Numbered from the stretch's first letter, positions 49,970-60,029 are shown. The stretch: DNA of 64,000 nucleotides from Longimicrobiales bacterium (GCA_965198065.1 CBDAON010000004.1:1984001-2048000); one strand, 5' to 3'. The notes: generated from the letters alone by a model not told the origin. Numbers and translations are program-made.

Positions 49970-50386
49970 ATGTACACGGTGAGCGTCCAGGCCCACTACG
50001 ACGCGGCGCACTTCCTCCGCAACTACGAGGGAAAGTGTGAGCGCCTCCACGGCCACCGGTACGTGGTCGAAGCGGCCGTCCGGACGCCCCGACTGAACAA
50101 ATCCGGCATCGCCATCGACTTCGTGGAGTTGAAGCGCCACCTGCGGGCTTTGGCGGAGGAGCTCGACCACCGGAACCTCAACGACCTCTCGCAGTTCGAG
50201 GGTCAGGAAACGAGCGCGGAGAATCAGGCCCGCTACTTCTTCGATGCCCTGAAGGCTCTCCTCCCCCCGGATCTGGCCGGCGGGCTAGCGTATACCCGGG
50301 TCTGGGAGACCCCCACCCAGTGGGCGCAGTACAGCCCGCTTCCAGCCTCGCCCTCTCCTGAAGGCGGCGCTTCGGGGCCGTCCTGA
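49970..50386 (+). CDS. queD: 6-carboxytetrahydropterin synthase (PTPS-I/QueD-like)
   Basis: YDAAHFL, GKCERLHGH (Cx3HGH), LDHRNLN, SAEN, VWET. Confidence 0.85.
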   Translation: MYTVSVQAHYDAAHFLRNYEGKCERLHGHRYVVEAAVRTPRLNKSGIAIDFVELKRHLRALAEELDHRNLNDLSQFEGQETSAENQARYFFDALKALLPPDLAGGLAYTRVWETPTQWAQYSPLPASPSPEGGASGPS

Positions 50387-50423
50387 GACGGCGGGGGCGG
50401 TCACGTGGAGCGACCCCTGGACC

Positions 50424-51053
50424 ATGCACCTCCTGGTCACGGACCGTCTGACCTGCGTTCGCTGCGGCCCCACGTTCGGACTGGTGCTCGTGGCGGACGA
50501 TCTCCGGGACCGTCGCCTGCTCGAGGGATTTCTCGGGTGCTCGAACTGCCGGGACCGGTACCCGGTCCAGGGTGGGTTCGGCGACCTCAGGCCCGCGCCC
50601 AGACGGGCCCTTGGGTCCGAGCCGCTCGAGAGCCCGCCGGATCCGGAAGGGGCGCTCAGGCTCGCGGCGCTCCTCGGGGTGAGAGAGGGGCCGGGTCTCC
50701 TCCTGCTTACCGGCTCTTCGGTACGGCAGGCCCTGGGCGTGGCGGAGCTGGTCGAGGGGATCGAGGTGGTGGCGGTGCACCCCGGCCTCTTCGGCGACGA
50801 AGAGATGCCCGGCGTGTCCCGGATTGTGTGCGGTAAGGGCCTGCCCTTCTTCTCGGGAAGCCTGCGGGGAGCGGTGGTGGAGGGCCCGTGGCCAGCCGAC
50901 GGCGTTCGAGAGGCGATCCGGGTTCTCGCTCCCGGAGCCCGCCTGGTCTGGCTGGATGCGCCGGCCGGCTCCATCGAGGGCCTGGAAGCGGCCGGGATCG
51001 AGCTCCTGATGGAAGCCGATTCCGTGCTGGTCGGGGCCCGGAAGTCGCCGTAA
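50424..51053 (+). CDS. Trm112-like zinc domain fused to a degenerate methyltransferase-like domain
   Basis: L.CVRC...EGFLGCSNCRDRYPV..G; later LPF..GSL...EAIRVLAPGARLV. Confidence 0.7.
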   Translation: MHLLVTDRLTCVRCGPTFGLVLVADDLRDRRLLEGFLGCSNCRDRYPVQGGFGDLRPAPRRALGSEPLESPPDPEGALRLAALLGVREGPGLLLLTGSSVRQALGVAELVEGIEVVAVHPGLFGDEEMPGVSRIVCGKGLPFFSGSLRGAVVEGPWPADGVREAIRVLAPGARLVWLDAPAGSIEGLEAAGIELLMEADSVLVGARKSP

Positions 51054-51166
51054 TCGCATCCCCTTCGACACGCCCCCCCCTTCGCCCGACCCCCCTGTAC
51101 TTATTCGGCGACCTGCTAGTACTTTCGACCACGCCGCGGAATCCTTCCCTCGCCGTCCGGAAATCC

Positions 51167-51604
51167 ATGGCCTGGTGGAAGAAGCTCCTTGGACGGGGCA
51201 ACGAATCCGAGAAGGTCGATTACTACGAAGAGGGCCTCGCCCTGATGAAAGAGGGGAGGTTCCACGACGCACTCACGTCCTTCCGACTCGCCCTGAAGGA
51301 GTCTCCCGGGGACGCTGTAGTGCTCCAGCAGATTGCGATCGCGTACACGAGGATCGGGATGACGGAAGAGGCCACGAAGACGTATCGCCATGTCCTCCAG
51401 AGGGATCCCGACGCGGCGGGGGCCCACTACGGGCTCGCCTACCTCCTGCTCCGGCGGGGTGAGGAGGGCGAGGCCGTCGAGCACTTGGAGGCCTTCCTGT
51501 CGAACCCGCCCAGGGGACCGGAGGCGGGGGAGCACGTCTCCCACGCGCGCGCGACCCTGACAGAGCTCCGAAGTGAGGCCGACCCCTACCCGCCCAAGCG
51601 ATGA
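51167..51604 (+). CDS. TPR protein
   Basis: Three TPR units (YYEEGLALMKEG...; AHYGLAYLLLRRG). Confidence 0.85.
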   Translation: MAWWKKLLGRGNESEKVDYYEEGLALMKEGRFHDALTSFRLALKESPGDAVVLQQIAIAYTRIGMTEEATKTYRHVLQRDPDAAGAHYGLAYLLLRRGEEGEAVEHLEAFLSNPPRGPEAGEHVSHARATLTELRSEADPYPPKR

Positions 51605-52032
51605 TGCCCGGGGCGATGACGAGAGACACGCGGAGCGTGCGGGTGAGGTGGAGCGGCCACGGAGAGGTCTTCCAAGGGGTGAGGGGCGACGCGCTCCCGA
51701 TCATAATGGATGGTGATTCGGCCGAAGGACCTTCTCCGACCGAGACGCTCCTCATGAGCCTGGCGGCCTGCATGGCCATCGACGTGCAGGAGATTCTCGA
51801 GAAAGGCCGAGTGCCGATCTCCGACCTCGTGGTTGAGGTGGACGGAGATCGAGCGGCGGAGCCCCCTAGGCGATTCACGGCGCTCCGCATTTCCGTCCGG
51901 GTGTCGGGCCCCGACGAGGCGGATCGACCCAAGGTGGAGCGCGCCGCCCGGCTCTCTCACGAGAAGTACTGTAGCGTCTTCCACACGCTCCGGCGCGACT
52001 TGGACGTGCGGCTCACCATCTCTCTCGTCTGA
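51601..52032 (+). CDS. OsmC family protein
   Basis: GPSPTETLLMSLAACMAID, KYCSV. Confidence 0.92.
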   Translation: MMPGAMTRDTRSVRVRWSGHGEVFQGVRGDALPIIMDGDSAEGPSPTETLLMSLAACMAIDVQEILEKGRVPISDLVVEVDGDRAAEPPRRFTALRISVRVSGPDEADRPKVERAARLSHEKYCSVFHTLRRDLDVRLTISLV

Positions 52033-52067
52033 GCCGGACCGCTCCGCCTCCGGACCGCAGCTTCGCG

Positions 52068-53957
52068 ATGATGGGTCCAGCGTTCGCCTCCACCCCCGGT
52101 GAGATCCCTCCCGGAACGATCGTCGAACTCCTGTTCGAGGCCGTGGACCGCTTCGGCGAGCGTCCGGCGCTCCGGGTGAGAACGGGTGCCAGGTGGGAGG
52201 AGATCTCGTACCGAGAGACGCTGGCCCGGGTGGCCGCGGTAGCGTCAGCTCTGAGGGACCTGGGCCTCGAGCGAGGGGCCCGGGCCGCGATCCTCTCGGC
52301 GAACCGCCCGGAGTGGGCGATCGCCGACTATGGGTGCCTTGCCTCCGGGGTCGTCGACATCCCGATCTACCCTTCCCTGACCGCGCCCCAGATCGCCTAC
52401 ATCCTCGGAAACTCGGGCGCGCGCCTCGTCTTCCTCTCTGATTCGCAGCAGCTCCAGAAGGTGGAGCAGATCGCGAAGGAGTGTCCGTCCGTCGAGTGGG
52501 TCGTCGTGTTCGACCCACCTGCGGACCTGGACGAACGGGGCCAGGGCGGGAGCGCGCGCCTCCTTTCCTGGGCGGACTTCGTGGCGCGCGGAAAGGGAGT
52601 CGAAGGGGGCGGTGACTCCAGTGATTTCCGAAAGGAAGCCCTCTCGGCCCGGCCGGACGAGACGGCGACCATCCTCTATACGTCGGGGACGACCGGCGAT
52701 CCGAAAGGGGTCGTTCTCTCGCACGACAACCTGCACTCGAACGTGCGCGCGACCCGGCTCGTCATACCTGTCGACGACACGGACTCCACCCTCTCCTTTT
52801 TGCCGCTCTCACATGTCTTCCAGCGGATGGCGGACTTCCTTCTGTTCAGCCGCGGGTGCCGGATCTCCTATGCGAGGTCGCTCGACACCGTCCCGGAGGA
52901 CCTGAGGGACGTACGGCCGACCGTGGTGGTCTCCGTTCCGCGCGTCTACGAGAAGGTCTACGCCAGGGTGATACATGCCACGGGGCTGAAGGGTGCGCTC
53001 GTTCGATGGGCCCGCAGGATCGGCGAGCGATGGGCCGACGCGCGGCTGTCCGGCCAGAAGCTTGGGACGCTCGCGGCGCTCCAGTATCGGATGGCCGATC
53101 GGCTCGTGTTCGCGAAGATCCGGCGGGGGCTAGGGGGTCGGATCCGTTTCTTCGTGAGCGGCGGGGCGCCGCTCTCTCCGGAGATCAACCGGTTCTTCTT
53201 CTCCGCGGGCATTATGATTCTCGAGGGATACGGGCTCACGGAGACGAGTCCGGTCACGAACGTGAACAGCCCGATCGACCTTCCCGCCAACGTCAGGATC
53301 GGTACGGTGGGCAAGCCCATCCCGGGAACCGAGATTCGGATCGCACCGGACGGGGAGATCCTGGTGCGCGGCCCCCAGGTGATGAAGGGATATCTCGAGA
53401 ACGCCGAGGCGACGAGGGAGGTCATGACGGAGGACGGCTTCTTCCGCACCGGAGACGTTGGGGAGCTCGACCGGGACGGGTTCCTCCGGATCACGGACCG
53501 GAAGAAGGACATCATCGTGACCGCCGGCGGAAAGAACGTCGCACCGCAGCCGCTCGAGAACCGCCTCAGAGCGAACCGATACGTGGATCAGGCCGTGCTC
53601 CTCGGAGATCGGAGGAAGTTCCTCTCGCTCCTGCTCGTCCCGGACTTCGATCACGTCGCCGAATGGGCACGGAGGCGGGGGGTCGCCCCCGGCGACGGGC
53701 GCGAACTTCTCTCCAACGGTGGGGTTCAGAAGTTCTTGGAGAGCGAGGTCGCGCGTGAGCTCGCGGGCGTGTCCCGCGTCGAGCTTCCGAAGAAGATCGT
53801 CCTCGTGGATGAGCCCTTCACGATCGAGAACGAGACGCTCACGCCAAGCCAGAAGGTGAAGCGCAAGGTCGTCGAGGCACGGTACCATGACGTGATCGAG
53901 GCGCTCTACGACGACTCGAACCGCGAGCGGTCCGTCTTCAGGGCCTGGGAGGTTTGA
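52068..53957 (+). CDS. Long-chain fatty acid-CoA ligase
   Basis: YTSGTTGDPKG, EGYGLTE, TGDVG, DRKKD, LTPSQKVKR. Confidence 0.95.
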   Translation: MMGPAFASTPGEIPPGTIVELLFEAVDRFGERPALRVRTGARWEEISYRETLARVAAVASALRDLGLERGARAAILSANRPEWAIADYGCLASGVVDIPIYPSLTAPQIAYILGNSGARLVFLSDSQQLQKVEQIAKECPSVEWVVVFDPPADLDERGQGGSARLLSWADFVARGKGVEGGGDSSDFRKEALSARPDETATILYTSGTTGDPKGVVLSHDNLHSNVRATRLVIPVDDTDSTLSFLPLSHVFQRMADFLLFSRGCRISYARSLDTVPEDLRDVRPTVVVSVPRVYEKVYARVIHATGLKGALVRWARRIGERWADARLSGQKLGTLAALQYRMADRLVFAKIRRGLGGRIRFFVSGGAPLSPEINRFFFSAGIMILEGYGLTETSPVTNVNSPIDLPANVRIGTVGKPIPGTEIRIAPDGEILVRGPQVMKGYLENAEATREVMTEDGFFRTGDVGELDRDGFLRITDRKKDIIVTAGGKNVAPQPLENRLRANRYVDQAVLLGDRRKFLSLLLVPDFDHVAEWARRRGVAPGDGRELLSNGGVQKFLESEVARELAGVSRVELPKKIVLVDEPFTIENETLTPSQKVKRKVVEARYHDVIEALYDDSNRERSVFRAWEV

Positions 53958-54334
53958 GTGTGCGCTCACTCGCCGGGGGGGCGGGAGCTCGAGTGACGGG
54001 TGCGTGCGTCGTGCTCGTGACCGCGCCGGACGAGGAGGTGGCGGCAAGGATCTGCCGGGGCCTCGTGGAAGAGGGGCTCGCGGCGTGCGGGACTATCGTG
54101 CCTCGCGTCCGCTCGGTTTACCGGTGGGAGGGTGAGGTTCACGACGAGAGCGAGGCCCTTATCGTGTTGAAGACGGACCGGGCGCGGGTGCCCGAGGTGG
54201 TGCGGCGGGTTCCGGACGTGCATCCGTACGAGATTCCCGAGGTACTCGTGCTCGCCGTGGAGGCGGGGCACGTACCGTACCTGGAGTGGGTGGCCCGCGA
54301 GACGACGGGGCGGACGGAGGGTCGGAGCGGATGA
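53954..54334 (+). CDS. cutA: Divalent-cation tolerance protein CutA
   Basis: LVEEGLAAC, SVYRWEG, KT, HPYEIPE, YLEW. Confidence 0.93.
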   Translation: MSVRSLAGGAGARVTGACVVLVTAPDEEVAARICRGLVEEGLAACGTIVPRVRSVYRWEGEVHDESEALIVLKTDRARVPEVVRRVPDVHPYEIPEVLVLAVEAGHVPYLEWVARETTGRTEGRSG

Positions 54335-55212
54335 GTCGCAGGCGGGCGCGCGAGCGGAGAAGGCGGCAGGCCGAGCTCGCCCTCGAGATGGCGGGCCACG
54401 AGGCCACCCACGAGGCGGAAGTGAGCGCGCCGGCGGTCTTCGAGTTCGAGGACCGGGCCGAGGCGGGGGAAGCCCGAGTTGTAGCCTCGTCGAGCGATGC
54501 GGGTTCGCCCGTGGAAGGTTCGTCGGCCGACGAGCCGGTGGGTGCCTTGGGCGCGCCGCTCCCCGACGACGAGGCTTCGGCCCCCCACGGCGAGGCGCCG
54601 AGCAGTGAGGAGCTTCTCGACCAGGCGCGCGCCGCCGCCGGATCCGGAAGGAACGACGCGGCCGTCCGGCTCTACCGGAGGCTGGTGGCTATGGAGCCCC
54701 GGAACTCGACCGTCCGAACGGAGCTCGGCGCGCTCCTGGACCGGGTGGGGCTGCGCGACCTCGCGGTCGAGCACTATCACGCGGCCGTCGAGATCGATCC
54801 GAGTGATCCCGATGCCCTCGCCGGGCTCGGGGCCGCGCTCACGTCGGCTTCGCGTTTCGACGAGGCGGAGGCCCAACTCAGGCGGGCGCATCGCATGGAC
54901 CCGTCGCGAACGGACGTCCGAGCGAGCCTGGGGATCCTCCTCTTCCGCCGCGGCCTCTACCAGCAGGCCGAGTACGAGCTCGAGTGGGTGTGTGCCCAGG
55001 ACCCCGATCACGCCGCGGCGTACTTCTACCGGGGAGAGGCGTTGAACCGCCTCGGTCGAGTGGACGAGGCCCTGGAGGTGCTCGAGCGCGCCCGGGTCCT
55101 CTCGCCCGAGAGCGCCCGGATCTATTACCTCATGGGGATCCTGTACGACCGGAAGCACCTCCGCGAGCGGGCCGTCGCGATGTACCGCCGCGCGAGGGCG
55201 CTGTCTTCGTGA
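54331..55212 (+). CDS. TPR protein with disordered N-terminus
   Basis: About 6 TPRs from LLDQARAAA to YYLMGILYD. Confidence 0.85.
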   Translation: MSRRRARERRRRQAELALEMAGHEATHEAEVSAPAVFEFEDRAEAGEARVVASSSDAGSPVEGSSADEPVGALGAPLPDDEASAPHGEAPSSEELLDQARAAAGSGRNDAAVRLYRRLVAMEPRNSTVRTELGALLDRVGLRDLAVEHYHAAVEIDPSDPDALAGLGAALTSASRFDEAEAQLRRAHRMDPSRTDVRASLGILLFRRGLYQQAEYELEWVCAQDPDHAAAYFYRGEALNRLGRVDEALEVLERARVLSPESARIYYLMGILYDRKHLRERAVAMYRRARALSS

Positions 55213-55228
55213 AGGAGCGTTCTTCTTA

Positions 55229-55798
55229 GTGATCCGGATCGCGCTGGCGGATCTGGTGAGCCTGGAGGCCGACGCGCTCATCCGCTCGGTGGGTACCGAC
55301 CTCGAGGCGTGCACACCGATCTGCGCCCGGGTCGGGTTCGAAGCCGGCGAGGAGTTGCTCGAACGCGTGCGGCGATCCGGCGAGGTGCCCGTCGGCGGCG
55401 CTATCGTGACTCCCGCCGGGCTGCTGAAGAACAGCTACCTCATCCACGTCGTGCTTCGTTCCGAGGAGGAGCCGATCTCGGAGGACAGCGTGTCGCGGGC
55501 GCTTCGCAACGGGCTCCGGCAGGCCGCCCAGTGGCAGGTGGCCTCGGTGGCGATGCCCCCGCTGGGGATTGGTGCAGGAAATCTGGACGCCGAGGTCTCC
55601 GCTCGCGTGATGTGCTCAGTGCTCCGCGACCACTCCGCGCGCTTCCCGTTCCCCGAGGAGGTCGTGATCGCCGTGGCCAACGCCTACGAGGGGGAGGCCT
55701 TTGCGGGTGAGATCGCCCGGAGCCCGCGCTCCGAGGAGCTTCGGAGCGCTCGCGAGGAGCCGTCCGTCCGGCAGGCGGACTCAAAGGAGCGGCGGTGA
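55229..55798 (+). CDS. Macro domain protein (divergent)
   Basis: DL...ADALI, G.A.VTPAG.L....LIHVV, SVAMPPLG.G. Confidence 0.8.
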   Translation: MIRIALADLVSLEADALIRSVGTDLEACTPICARVGFEAGEELLERVRRSGEVPVGGAIVTPAGLLKNSYLIHVVLRSEEEPISEDSVSRALRNGLRQAAQWQVASVAMPPLGIGAGNLDAEVSARVMCSVLRDHSARFPFPEEVVIAVANAYEGEAFAGEIARSPRSEELRSAREEPSVRQADSKERR

Positions 55799-57348
55799 GG
55801 ACGCGTAGCGTCGCCGCGTGGGGCATCCTCGCGATCTGGGTCGGTCTGCTCGGGTGGCATTTCCGGCGGGAGCACTTCCAGCCGGAGCTCGCCCGACTCA
55901 CCGAGGGCATGGCCACGCTCGACCCCGGCACGAACTTCTACGCCCTTCGCATGGGGAGGGAGGTCATCGGGATCTCGTCGTCCCGCCTGGACACGGTGCC
56001 GGAGGGATTTGTCCTCGAGGACGTAATGACCCTCGAGCTCCAGGCGATGGGCCAGCCGGGAGCCGCGGTCGCCCGGACAGAGGTGCTGCTTGGCCCCACG
56101 CTCGACATGACCGACTTCTCGTTCACGCTCGACTCCGAGGCGGGGACGTTTTCGGCCCAGGGCACGATCGAGGGGGACTCGATCATCCTGGTCGAGCTGG
56201 ACACAGGCGGAGGGGTCGAGGAGCTGAGCTTCCGGGTGCAGGAAGCGCCCCTCCTCACCGCTGCTCTCCCGATACGCCTGGCCAAGAGCGGGGAGTTGGC
56301 CGTCGGGAGAACGCTTCGTCTCCTGGTCTTCGACCCGTCGGCGGTGTCGCTCAGAACAGTTGAGATCGAAGTGCTTGAGCAGGGCCTCCTTACGGTTCCT
56401 GACTCGGCGGCGCTCGATCCGGGGACAGGTCGCTGGGTGGCGGTGACTGAGAGCCAGCTCCCAGCATGGAGGGTCCGGGAGAGCTTCGGGGGGATGAGTA
56501 TCGAGAGCTGGATCGACGAGGACGGCCGGGTGATCCAGTCGTCCTCCAACATGGGGTTCTCGATCGAGCGCACGGCGTACGAGCTCGCGCTCCAGGAGCA
56601 GGAAGATACGCGCCGCCTCGCCGGGGGCGGCGCGGTGGCGAGCGACGTCATTTTCTCGACGGCCATCGCCTCGAACCGGCTCATCACTGATCCGACGTCC
56701 GCGTCCGAGCTTCGCTTCGTGCTCTCGGGGATGGACCTCCAGGGCTTCCACCTGGACGGAGGTCGCCAGGAGCTCCGGGGCGATACGCTCATCGTTCGGC
56801 GCGAGGACTGGAACGTCGTGGCCGCCGACTACGGGCTGCCCTATCCGCGCATGGATCTGAGGGAGGCGCTCGAGCCGGAGCCCCTCATCCAGAGCGGAGA
56901 CCCACGGATCCAGGAAGTCGCGCGCTACATCGCCCGCACCGGGTTCCGGGGACAGGGGAATCCGAGAACTGTTGCGCGGCGTCTCACGGACGGGGTGTAC
57001 GAGCTCCTGGACAAGGAGGTCTCGTTCTCGATCCCGTCGGCGACCCAGGTGCTCCGAACGCTCGGCGGGGACTGCAACGAGCACACGGTCCTCTACGTAG
57101 CGCTCGCTCGGGCCGTGGGCCTTCCGGCCCGGGTGGCGGTGGGGCTCGTCTACCTGGAGGGAGCGTTCTACTACCACGCGTGGCCGGAAGTCTGGCTGGA
57201 CGAGTGGGTCGCCGTGGATCCGACCTTTGGACAGGTGCCGGCGGACGCCGCGCACCTGAGGTTCATCACCGGGGGCTTCGCTCAGCAACTCGAGGTGGCG
57301 CGGCTCATCGGGGCCCTGCGCATCGAGGTCCTCGATGCGGGAGCTTGA
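55795..57348 (+). CDS. Transglutaminase-like domain protein, N-terminally membrane-anchored
   Basis: N-terminal TM; catalytic triad motifs GDCNEH, YHAW, VDPT. Confidence 0.9.
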   Translation: MRTRSVAAWGILAIWVGLLGWHFRREHFQPELARLTEGMATLDPGTNFYALRMGREVIGISSSRLDTVPEGFVLEDVMTLELQAMGQPGAAVARTEVLLGPTLDMTDFSFTLDSEAGTFSAQGTIEGDSIILVELDTGGGVEELSFRVQEAPLLTAALPIRLAKSGELAVGRTLRLLVFDPSAVSLRTVEIEVLEQGLLTVPDSAALDPGTGRWVAVTESQLPAWRVRESFGGMSIESWIDEDGRVIQSSSNMGFSIERTAYELALQEQEDTRRLAGGGAVASDVIFSTAIASNRLITDPTSASELRFVLSGMDLQGFHLDGGRQELRGDTLIVRREDWNVVAADYGLPYPRMDLREALEPEPLIQSGDPRIQEVARYIARTGFRGQGNPRTVARRLTDGVYELLDKEVSFSIPSATQVLRTLGGDCNEHTVLYVALARAVGLPARVAVGLVYLEGAFYYHAWPEVWLDEWVAVDPTFGQVPADAAHLRFITGGFAQQLEVARLIGALRIEVLDAGA

Positions 57349-58233
57349 GCGCCAAGATGAGCGCGAGACCGACCCCGCCGTAGCGCCTAACCGGCTCGAG
57401 AGCGGCGCGGTTCTCGGGCGTCCGGCTCGAGCCGACGGCGCGTCGCCTCCTCCCGCGGCGATCCTCGACATCCAAGGCCTCGTCAAACGGTACGGCAACT
57501 TCGCGGCGGTCAAGGGAATCGACCTGACCGTGCGGCCGGGGGAGATCTTCGGTTTCCTGGGACCGAACGGCGCCGGCAAGACCACGACGATCCGGATGGT
57601 GGCCGGCGTCCTCAAGCCGTCAGAGGGAACGATCCGCATCGGGGGCGAGGATCTCGCCCTGAGTCCCCAGCGGGTGAAACGGAGGATCGGGTACGTTCCC
57701 GATCGTCCCTTCCTGTATGAGAAGCTCTCAGGGGGGGAATTCCTCCGCTTCGTGGCCGGCCTCTGGGGATTGGACGGAAAGGGGGTGGAGGAGCGGGCCC
57801 GGGGCTTTCTCCGGCTGTTCTCCCTGGAGGACTGGGAGGACGAGCTCATCGAGAGCTACTCGCACGGCATGCGCCAGAAGCTCCTCATTTCCTCGGCCTT
57901 CCTTCATGATCCGGAGCTCTTCGTGGTTGACGAGCCCATGGTGGGGCTCGATCCCAAGTCGGCGCGGATCCTGAAGGACCTGCTCCGTACCTTCGTGGAC
58001 CGACGGGGCGCGGTGTTCCTCTCCACCCACACCCTCGAGGTCGCCGAGGCCGTCTGCGACCGGATCGCGATCATCTCGAACGGCGAGATCATCGCTCTCT
58101 GAGCACCATGGACGAGCTCCGCGCGCAGGCCGATGCGGGCGGAGCCCACTTGGAGGAAATCTTCCTCAAGGTGACCGGGGGGGACGAGGTCGGTGAGCTC
58201 GCGCGTAGTCTCCGGGGAGTCCTGAACGCGTGA
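57335..58233 (+). pseudogene. ABC transporter ATPase, frameshifted near the C-terminus
   Basis: GPNGAGKTT, YSHGMRQK, DEPMVGLDP, STH. Removing a CT at ~58097 restores ...IIALSTMDELRAQ...LEEIFLKVTGG...LNA*, which overlaps the next start (GTGA). Confidence 0.85.
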
Positions 58234-59938
58234 CCCCGCACTCGGCAGGCACCCTGTCCATGCTCCGCGTGAAGCTTGCGGGAAAGCTGAACCGTGCCCG
58301 CCAGGGAGAGCGGCCGCTGGGAAAGGCCCTGATCCTCGGGGGGGCCGCCCTCTTCTTCTGGATGCTGATCTTCGCGGCGATTTACCGGATGCTCATCTAC
58401 TTCCGGGCTGCGGAGGGGATCGGGGACCTGCTCGCCGCGAAGCTCCTGGGGATCGCGCTGCTCACGTTTCTCATGATCCTGCTCCTGTCGAACGTGATTG
58501 CCGCCCTCTCGACTTTCTTCCTGGCGAAGGACCTGGAGCTCCTGGTGGCGGCTCCCGTGGACCCGATTCACCTATATTGGGCCCGCCTCGTCGAGACCGG
58601 TGTGAACTCATCCTGGATGGTCGTCCTCATGGTGGTGCCCCTCTTCGCGGCGTACGGCGTCATGTATGGGGCGGGGTGGGCGTTCTATCTGCTCGGGGCC
58701 GTCGTGCTCCTGGCGCTCCTAGTGCTTCCCGTCGTGGTGGGAACGGGGGTGACCCTCCTGCTCGTGAACGTCTTCCCGGCGCGGCGCGCCCGGGACGCGC
58801 TCACGCTCGTCGGCCTGCTTGCCGCGGCCGGCGTCGTACTCGTGCTACGGCTCGTTCGCCCCGAACGTCTCATCCGCCCGGAGGAGTTCCGCAGCGTCGT
58901 GGACTTCATGGCCACCCTCAGGACCCCGACCTCCGTCTGGCTTCCGTCCGAATGGGGTGCGACCGCGCTCGTGGGGTGGCTGAACGGCGTGTTCGACCCG
59001 TTCTACCTGCTCCTTCTCTTGAGCACGGCCGCGGCGTTCCTCGTGTTCGGTGGGTGGCTTCACGCCCGCTACTACCACCAGGGGTTCTCGAGGGCGCAGG
59101 AAGGGGCGGAGCGAAGGGAGGGGCGGGTGCGCTTCCGCGGGTGGGACCGCTTGCTCTCCGGGATGGACGTGACCACCCGCGGATCTCCTTCGCCACCAGC
59201 TCGCGCGTCTTCTTCCGGGACGCCACCCAGTGGTCACAGCTCATTCTCCTGGGCGTTCTCGTGGCCGTGTACGTCTACAACAACATTCGGGTGCTCCCGG
59301 CGTCCACGAACGAGGGTATCTCGTTCTTTCTCGTGAACCTGATCGCGTTCCTGAACCTGGGCCTGGCGGGCTTCGTGGTGGCCTCGATCGCGGCGCGCTT
59401 CGTCTTCCCCGCCATGTCACTCGAGGGGCGGATGACCTGGCTGCTCCGTTCCTCTCCACTCGACTCCCGCCGACTGTTCTGGGTGAAGTACTGGGTCGGT
59501 ACCGTTCCCCTCCTGCTCGTTGCGCTGCCGCTCATCCTGATCACCAACCTTCTCCTGAACGTCTCGACGTTCCTCCTCGTGGTCTCGACCGTGACCATGA
59601 TAGGGGTGACTCTCGCGTGCGCCGCCCTCGCCCTGGCGTTCGGAGCTCTGTACCCGAATTACGAGACCGACAACCCCGCCGAGATTCCGACGTCCTTCGG
59701 GGGGCTCGTGTTCATGATGACCGCCGTCGTGTACCTGGCCGCCGTGATCGTGGCGGAGGCGTGGCCGATCTACCTGTTCCTCTTTGCCCGCTTCCAGGGC
59801 TTGCCGCCCGGAGAGGCTGGGCTCGGCCCGGTGATCGTCGGCTTTGGAGGGGCCGGCCTCCTCACCGTCGCCGCCATCGCGTTCTCGCTTCGAGCCGGCG
59901 TGGCCAGGATCCGCGACGGAGAGGTGATCGCGGGATAG
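58230..59938 (+). pseudogene. Putative ABC transporter permease, disrupted by a micro-inversion plus 2-bp insertion
   Basis: Many TMs across two frames; junction at 59178-59207; RVFFRD..QWSQL and SLEG...W.LRSSP motifs. Confidence 0.85.
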
Positions 59939-60029
59939 GGCGCTTGACGAACCGCCGACCTCGACACGACCAGATCCGGCCGGCATATTGCGGAAGGCCG
60001 CGGTCCTTCACCTGTCGATCGAGACGAGC

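Noticed and set aside
59178..59207. Recombinase-driven phase-variation switch
   Set aside because: Flanks are only 4-bp CGCG, the segment is very short, no invertase is in the window, and the extra CG would leave the gene frameshifted in either orientation.
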